Of a stretch of DNA of 35,329 bases, positions 29,740-35,329 are shown piece after piece. Where the stretch lies: positions 49,658 to 84,986 of the forward strand of contig PDIP01000098.1 in the NCBI GenBank assembly GCA_002811645.1, given 5' to 3'. A program made the position numbers and the translations under genes. Position 1 is the first letter of the stretch. Every line of letters begins with the position of its first letter. Origin of the DNA: Corallochytrium limacisporum Hawaii. Lineage: Eukaryota; Protista; Pluriformea. The notes under the pieces were generated by a model. It searched no databases. It saw only the letters and a program-made list of their open reading frames with translations, and was not told the DNA's origin.

Positions 29740-31101
29740 TCAGAAGTTGCCACCGAGCCGTCCGAGCCGGCGGCTTTGCGTTGGCATCGTCCGACGGTAG
29801 GAGCTTGGTCCATCACCGCCGCGCTGAGGACTGGTGCCTTCACTGTCCACTGTACGGTTCGGTGTGAATTGCGCAGTGTCACCACTGTTGAGCTCAGGGA
29901 CGCTGTTTCGGCCTGCCCGCAGGCCGCGTACGGCAGATGCCCCATCAGTATGGCTCACTGTTGACTCTGGTTCCCCTGCGCTGACCATCTCACTCTCAGC
30001 CGGCTGTAAAGATCCACAGCCGTTGCTTCCATCGTCTGCTCTTCGTGCGTTTCTGTTCGGACTGAGGTCTTTCAAATTGGTCGTGACTGTCGTGATGCGG
30101 GTCAAATGGGCATCACCTGCACGGCGCTGTTGCTGTTTCTGTTGCAAAGCCAAGAACTCACTATCCGAGTCCATCACCATACTACCATCGACGGGCATGC
30201 CAAAAATGCCGCTATGATGCTGTTCACCAACGCTATCTCCGCCGTTGTCGCTAAAGGAAACTTCACCCTCCGACCGGTAGTACTCATAGCCGCGGTATAA
30301 TGGCTGACGGTACGCTGAACCGCGACCACTGCTCATGGCCCCTCTGGTGGGCACAGCACTCGACGGTGTTGGTGAGTCCGTCGTCTTCGGCTGGTCGTGC
30401 CTGCGGTGCCTTAGATTGTAGCGGCTACTTGAGTTCGATCGGCCCGTGTCCACACTGTTTGTGTGCCCATTGGCATTTCCATCGTGGGCAGCCTTTACGG
30501 CCTGCTCGCCGTTCAGAGAGAGGTATACCTCGCTGGTGTCTGGCGATGACACGTAGCCAGGCCGTGACGGTGGCCCGCGATTGCCCATTACTGTCGGTCC
30601 CGACATGTACTGGAGCGGCCGTACGCTTTCATTGCTCATGCCTTGGCCACCCCGAGCGTGGCGTTTGTTCTTTAACACGATGATGTTTCCGTCGTAGTCA
30701 CAGCTCAGGTTGTACGTGGCCAACACACGGCGCATGCGGCGCACGGTTGTTCTGCGGGCTGCGATCTTATCTTCGTAGAAACCCAGGGCCATGAAGAGTA
30801 ACAGTCCCAGTAGACTCATAGGCATTAAACTCTTGCTGCTCAACCATTGTGATTCCTCTTCATCTAGACTACACCACCAGCTCCAGAATGTGTACGCAAA
30901 TAGCAAGAAGACAATCCCCAGAATGATTTGGAAAAAGAATCTAGTATTCTTCAGTCGGCTCAGTTGCGACTTTAATTCTCGTTCAAACACTTCGAGGTCT
31001 GTTTTGCGTCTTGAAGCCAGCATTGGTACCCGGGGATCTGTCTGTGATGTGCTCGGCTGGTTTTGGTTCAGCTCCTGCTGACCAACCCGATTCCCGCGCA
31101 T
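29740..31101 (-). CDS. CNEP1R1: CNEP1R1 (TMEM188)/Spo7-like regulatory subunit of the CTDNEP1/Nem1 phosphatase, with a long disordered C-terminal tail
   Basis: DLEVFEREL ~ DLKAFERRL; two TM segments; RRVLATYNLSCDYDGNII ~ RTVLAEYNMSCDDTGKLI. Confidence 0.8.
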   Translation of the reverse strand: MRGNRVGQQELNQNQPSTSQTDPRVPMLASRRKTDLEVFERELKSQLSRLKNTRFFFQIILGIVFLLFAYTFWSWWCSLDEEESQWLSSKSLMPMSLLGLLLFMALGFYEDKIAARRTTVRRMRRVLATYNLSCDYDGNIIVLKNKRHARGGQGMSNESVRPLQYMSGPTVMGNRGPPSRPGYVSSPDTSEVYLSLNGEQAVKAAHDGNANGHTNSVDTGRSNSSSRYNLRHRRHDQPKTTDSPTPSSAVPTRGAMSSGRGSAYRQPLYRGYEYYRSEGEVSFSDNGGDSVGEQHHSGIFGMPVDGSMVMDSDSEFLALQQKQQQRRAGDAHLTRITTVTTNLKDLSPNRNARRADDGSNGCGSLQPAESEMVSAGEPESTVSHTDGASAVRGLRAGRNSVPELNSGDTAQFTPNRTVDSEGTSPQRGGDGPSSYRRTMPTQSRRLGRLGGNF

Positions 31102-32063
31102 GGGTGTTCGTAAAATTGGTTAAACCCCTTCGCTAGGTATACTTCTTACCGCGCGGGTTGATTCTTCTGGCGTGTCATTTTGCTAATAAATATTCCCAAT
31201 ATGTTTCTTTCCTTTTTGAACTGCGGAGGTGCTCCTTGAGTACTGCAATGCCCCGTCGCTGTATTACCTTCGTGCACCTGACTCTCGATAAAGATTATGC
31301 TGTTCTGGGCTTTAAATAGCCGGGTCCAACGAGGTACACACGGACCAATTATCCTGTGCTCACAGCATCATATCTTCACGTTCCTCAGGGCACCATACTT
31401 GACAATAAGATGTCACAATGTGCGCATGTAGCCCACTCCAATATCCACAGAAACGAAAAATGCAACAACAGTAATCAGGCACCACCAGTATGACAAAGGA
31501 AATGACGGCTATCAGCCCAGGCACACCCTGCACAACGTTTCGTGAAGGGTCCCCCGGTCCGTACGCGCCTCTTTTCGCGACCCGAACCGGGCGGAGCCGG
31601 CCCTGCCTTCCCTGGAGTTTTGTGTGAAGAAAACACGGGCGCCTCTTGCTTTTAGACTTTTCTTCGCCTTTTCTACGGAGACGCATTAGCTGATAGCCCT
31701 AGGGTTTTGGGAGACCTCAGTGGGGGTTACGAATACCCAAAAGAGAAAGTCCGCTCCCTCCTTGAACCCTCCTTTTCGATTCCCTCAGAGAGGAAATGAG
31801 TAATATTGACCTTCTGGTCAGCAAGGAACACACCACCGCCAACCCTGCCATTTTCTTCGATTTTTCACTCGGTGGAGGAGGGGACCGGTGACACGGCCAC
31901 GGGAGTGACGAGAGAGAGTGTGTGCGCGCGTTGGACATCTGGCACAAACCAAAGAGAATCGGACCTGACAATGGAGTTCTATTGGATGGAATCGCTGCCA
32001 AGGCAATGATGAGAACACACGGACTATGAAGTATGGTTGATGCTAATGTTACATTTATGAGTC

Positions 32064-33887
32064 TTATGAAGCAGGTGCGCGGGTACTGCTTTCCTCAAAG
32101 AGGCGGTCAAAGACAGCGAAGAGGTTGCCGTTGATGTAATCGTTGTCAACAACGTTTACCAGATACCACGAATCGCGGATACGGTCAATCATCTTACGAC
32201 TGTGCGTGTCGGGCTCGTAGAGCTTGCTCCAGCGGTTCCACAAGGCAAACGCCTCATCCTTCCAAACCATGAAGCTGACCGGGTCCACCACGGTCGGCTG
32301 AATAATTTCCTTGCCCGGGAACACACCCCATGTGACAGCGGTAGCCGTGCGTTCACTGATATTGGTAATCTCTTCCTGGCCCTTGGCATCGATGGCGTGG
32401 TAAGAGAGATTCGGAAACTCCTTGAGGATCACCAACAGGAGCTCGAACATCTCCTTGCTGATGAAGAACTCCATATAGGCCTTCTGGTACACGTATCCGT
32501 TGGGCCCGCCCCATCCGTAAATGTGGTGATCACTCTTAACGCCGTTGATAGGGGGCTGAGAATTGATGGTCAGGATACCATGGCGATTGATGTTAATCAG
32601 TTGGTCCTTGATGGCCTCGGTCTCAAGATGCAGAGGACCGTCGTCACCATCACTCCACGGTAGGCACTTGACAGTGTTGTCGTTGCTGAGGTACTTGCAG
32701 AAGACATCGTAGACATCTTGCTCGCTCTTCAACTCAGATCCCCACTGAGCCTGCAGATGCTTGTTGTCGGCACACTTGGAATCCAATTGGAAGATGTGGT
32801 AGTCGGTCAGATCGCCGAACGCCGGGGAGTCGGAGTTACCCCAGCGACCGTTGGGGAAGTCATCCCAGTCTTGAGTACGGTTGAGGTAGGACTTTGGACG
32901 GCTGGACCAGAAGATTGGTCGTACATCCTCACTGCTGCGACGGGTGGAAGCAGAAGATCTCCAAGGCAAAGCACGAGGAGTAGAAGTCTCCTTCCACAGA
33001 CCGACGTTCTTAAGAATCTCGCGGGTGGCAATCTCACGGTTGAGAGTGTACATGTGTACGCCCTCAACACCGGCGTCAAGTAGTTCCTTGATCATCTTGG
33101 AAGCAAGCTGCACACCGTAAGCACGCACAGCTTCGTCATTGTCCTTGACGGCCTCAACAGCCTCCACGATTTCGTTGGGAGGGTTCAACTTGCTCAGTTT
33201 GGTCAGATGGCGCAAACTTGCATAGCCCTGAATTGGCAGTACCCCTGGAATGATAGGAACCGTAATGCCCATGTTACGGCAGTCCTCGCGGAACTTCAGG
33301 AAAGTTTCAGTCTCGAAAAAGAGTTGCGTGATGATAAAGTCAGCACCGGCGTCAACTTTCATCTTCAAGTAGCGCAGGTCCTCTTCGTAGCTCACGCAAT
33401 CGGGGTGGCCGTTCGGGTAGCCAGCAGCACAGATGCAGAATTCATTACCGAATTTCTGCTTAACATGTGCAATAAGCTCAGTAGCATAGCTGAAGCCGCC
33501 CTTATGGGCCTTGAACTCCTCTCCGGGAGGCGGATCACCACGAAGGGCAAGGATGTTTTGGATACCACTCTGGCGAGCTTGTTCCATATGCTTTGTAACC
33601 TGCTCTGCGTCAGAGTCAGCACACGTGTAGTGCAGCAAAGTGTCCAGACCGCAATAGTTTATGGCAGTGGAAGCAATGCTCATGGAGCTGGTGCTTTGGG
33701 AGCCAGAGGGGTCACCACCTCCAGCGCCCCATGTAATGTCGATGAAAAGAGGGCGTCCCCGAGCCATACGATCGAAACGGTCCACGAGGTTGATGGCGCC
33801 ATTGGTGGTGCGTGGAGGGAAGAATTCTAGGCTGAAGAAAGGGTCACCAGACTCCTTGGCCGCGTTAATCTTATCAATGATCTTCAT
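32064..33887 (-). CDS. MTHFR: Methylenetetrahydrofolate reductase, eukaryotic type with SAM-binding regulatory domain
   Basis: FSLEFFPP, ITWGAGG, ILALRGDPP, AGYPNGH, TQLFF, MYTLNRE, EDVRPIFW, WDDFPNGRWG, TINSQP, YQKAYMEFF, AVTWGVFPG. ATG at 33887 (MKIIDKI). Confidence 0.98.
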   Translation of the reverse strand: MKIIDKINAAKESGDPFFSLEFFPPRTTNGAINLVDRFDRMARGRPLFIDITWGAGGGDPSGSQSTSSMSIASTAINYCGLDTLLHYTCADSDAEQVTKHMEQARQSGIQNILALRGDPPPGEEFKAHKGGFSYATELIAHVKQKFGNEFCICAAGYPNGHPDCVSYEEDLRYLKMKVDAGADFIITQLFFETETFLKFREDCRNMGITVPIIPGVLPIQGYASLRHLTKLSKLNPPNEIVEAVEAVKDNDEAVRAYGVQLASKMIKELLDAGVEGVHMYTLNREIATREILKNVGLWKETSTPRALPWRSSASTRRSSEDVRPIFWSSRPKSYLNRTQDWDDFPNGRWGNSDSPAFGDLTDYHIFQLDSKCADNKHLQAQWGSELKSEQDVYDVFCKYLSNDNTVKCLPWSDGDDGPLHLETEAIKDQLININRHGILTINSQPPINGVKSDHHIYGWGGPNGYVYQKAYMEFFISKEMFELLLVILKEFPNLSYHAIDAKGQEEITNISERTATAVTWGVFPGKEIIQPTVVDPVSFMVWKDEAFALWNRWSKLYEPDTHSRKMIDRIRDSWYLVNVVDNDYINGNLFAVFDRLFEESSTRAPAS

Positions 33888-34329
33888 GTTTAACAAAGTG
33901 TATGCCCATTGACCCTTTCAGTAAACAAGCGCAGATTTCATTCAACGTATGGAGTACCAAGAAGACAAACCCGTCTGGTTCTTGGACAACTACAACACAG
34001 GTTGAAGAGAATATTTTTGGTCGTCTCACAGAGACGTTCTAGTTTCACCTCGAACAATGAAACTATAACCAATAAATATGGCTAAAGAAACGGAACAACT
34101 CTCCCATTAGATACTTCTGTTATGCCACTGAAGTAGCTAGGGATCACCCAGTGGATCCCCGTGGCCGTTGTCTGGTAAGGCCATTCGAACAAACCCAGTG
34201 CTTAATGGAAACTACTGCGACAACGACGAATAAACGCACAACTAGCATAAAAATGATCTCATCATTCTTCTTGTCTGGAATTCCGGTAAGTGGTTTCGGG
34301 TCCAAACGCGCGGTTTTCGTTTTGTTGTA

Positions 34330-34630
34330 CTGCGGTCCCGTGGATCCCCAAAGAGTGTGGTCCCCGTGTTGCACCGTGGTCCCCCCCCCGGGGGGGCCAG
34401 AGCGGGGGGAGGACGACTCCTCCCGCTTCTCCCCCCACCCCCCCACCCCCAATCCCCCACATCCCCCATTTCCTTCGCAGCACTTCTCGTTCAAGGGAAA
34501 CCGTTTCTCATCCCTCTCCTTGTTCAGAGTAAGCCACGCAGGAACACGTAGTACACGTATCTGCTCTGAAGATTTTTGGGGATGGCGGTGCAACAGAGCC
34601 AGGAGAATATAGAGAGAGAGAGAGCGCCCG
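34330..34630. promoter_or_regulatory. GC-rich putative promoter island upstream of MTHFR
   Basis: C9G7 palindrome, clustered C tracts and (AG)n; same composition as the other intergenic islands. Confidence 0.5.
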
Positions 34631-35329
34631 AAATTTGCTAAAGGGTAGCTGCCGGTCGAGCGTGCTGGCCGTCCAGAGTTGCGTGGCAAACGACCAGCAT
34701 CGGGTGGACACGTTATCCTGACGACCCGGGTGCATTACCAGGACGGGTCTTATGCCAAATGTACTATACTGTTCGGCTCTGTTGGATTGAGGATGAATAC
34801 TTGCGTGTTGTCGCTTGGATTTTAACTGTCAGTACTTTCACTACCGGGCGACCCGGGCCAATTCTGTACCCCGTGGACTGGCATGACCGCCAAGAAAGCC
34901 GAAGCATGGGCACCTTCGAATTTGTTCCCAGTCTGTGACTATGCATACGGAAAAAGCGGCGATCCCATGCACCTATAGCTCAGAGCAGTACAGGAGATCG
35001 CAGCAGTTGTCATGTTGGACTCGGCTGGATAGTGTATGGCCTGCTCCGAAGTTTCTGAGAATTGAATAGGTCCAACTTTTCCTAGAACTACCACCCTCTG
35101 TCTGGTATGTTAGGGTCAAAACTCCGAAAAACTTGACTCCCGAGGATCTTTTTTAATCTTGATTGTATAATAACTTATATTGATTCCATTCTATTTCATT
35201 ATATTTTGCTCTTTTTAACAATCATAAAAAAATATTTCAATAGCTGATTCAAACGAAGAGTCCCTGCTACTCTCAAAAAAGGACTATTTTGACTTTGGCT
35301 TGACATTGAACACATCGTAGTCGTACAAA

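Noticed and set aside
31360-31686. 108-aa ORF with a hydrophobic stretch upstream of CNEP1R1
   Set aside because: Runs through a promoter-like island with no recognisable family; cannot be supported without expression data.
32202-33830. Long antisense ORFs over MTHFR and other CDSs
   Set aside because: Expected shadow ORFs from codon bias.
28923-33887. PPCDC-CNEP1R1-MTHFR as a metabolic cluster
   Set aside because: Unrelated pathways (CoA, lipin regulation, folate); adjacency is unremarkable.
1-35329. tRNA, rRNA, snRNA, telomerase template near STN1, transposase/RT, CRISPR or prokaryotic operon
   Set aside because: No matching conserved motifs, terminal repeats or spacer arrays seen by eye; the genes are eukaryotic. 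Infernal and tRNAscan would be needed to fully exclude small RNAs.

Overview
Gene-dense eukaryotic nuclear DNA, roughly half GC, with one 248-N assembly gap. It holds about 16 protein-coding genes whose CDSs all read as single uninterrupted ORFs. Gene content (SEC22A/C-type longin, TMEM129, TTC7, TMEM177, an RA-PH MRL/Grb7-type adaptor, a tyrosine-motif receptor) plus intronless CDSs suggests an intron-poor unicellular holozoan such as Corallochytrium; this is inference, not proven. Gene order: SEC22A/C-like (+), glutaredoxin-like DUF836 (-), type I membrane receptor with Tyr motifs (-), RA-PH adaptor (+), TMEM129 (-), TTC7/YPP1 (+), 78-aa membrane microprotein (-), dynamitin DCTN2 (+), STN1 (-), gap, TMEM177-like M48 peptidase (+), RCC1-repeat protein (-), GHKL ATPase (-), RanBP2-type zinc-finger protein (+), PPCDC (+), CNEP1R1/Spo7-like (-), MTHFR (-). 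The main unexplained signals are five. (1) CAG, often GACAG, ends 0-9 nt before the ATG in 10 of 16 genes while upstream out-of-frame ATGs are not purged, pointing to trans-splicing, 5'-UTR introns or ultra-short leaders. (2) A kinase-less phosphotyrosine-type receptor sits head-to-head with an RA-PH adaptor. (3) A run of four probably mitochondrial genes includes a prokaryote-like GHKL ATPase, a multi-zinc-finger protein and a catalytically intact TMEM177. (4) CnGn palindromes recur in promoter islands. (5) There is a two-state hairpin near 16.0 kb. All family assignments come from recognising motifs by eye; no searches were run.
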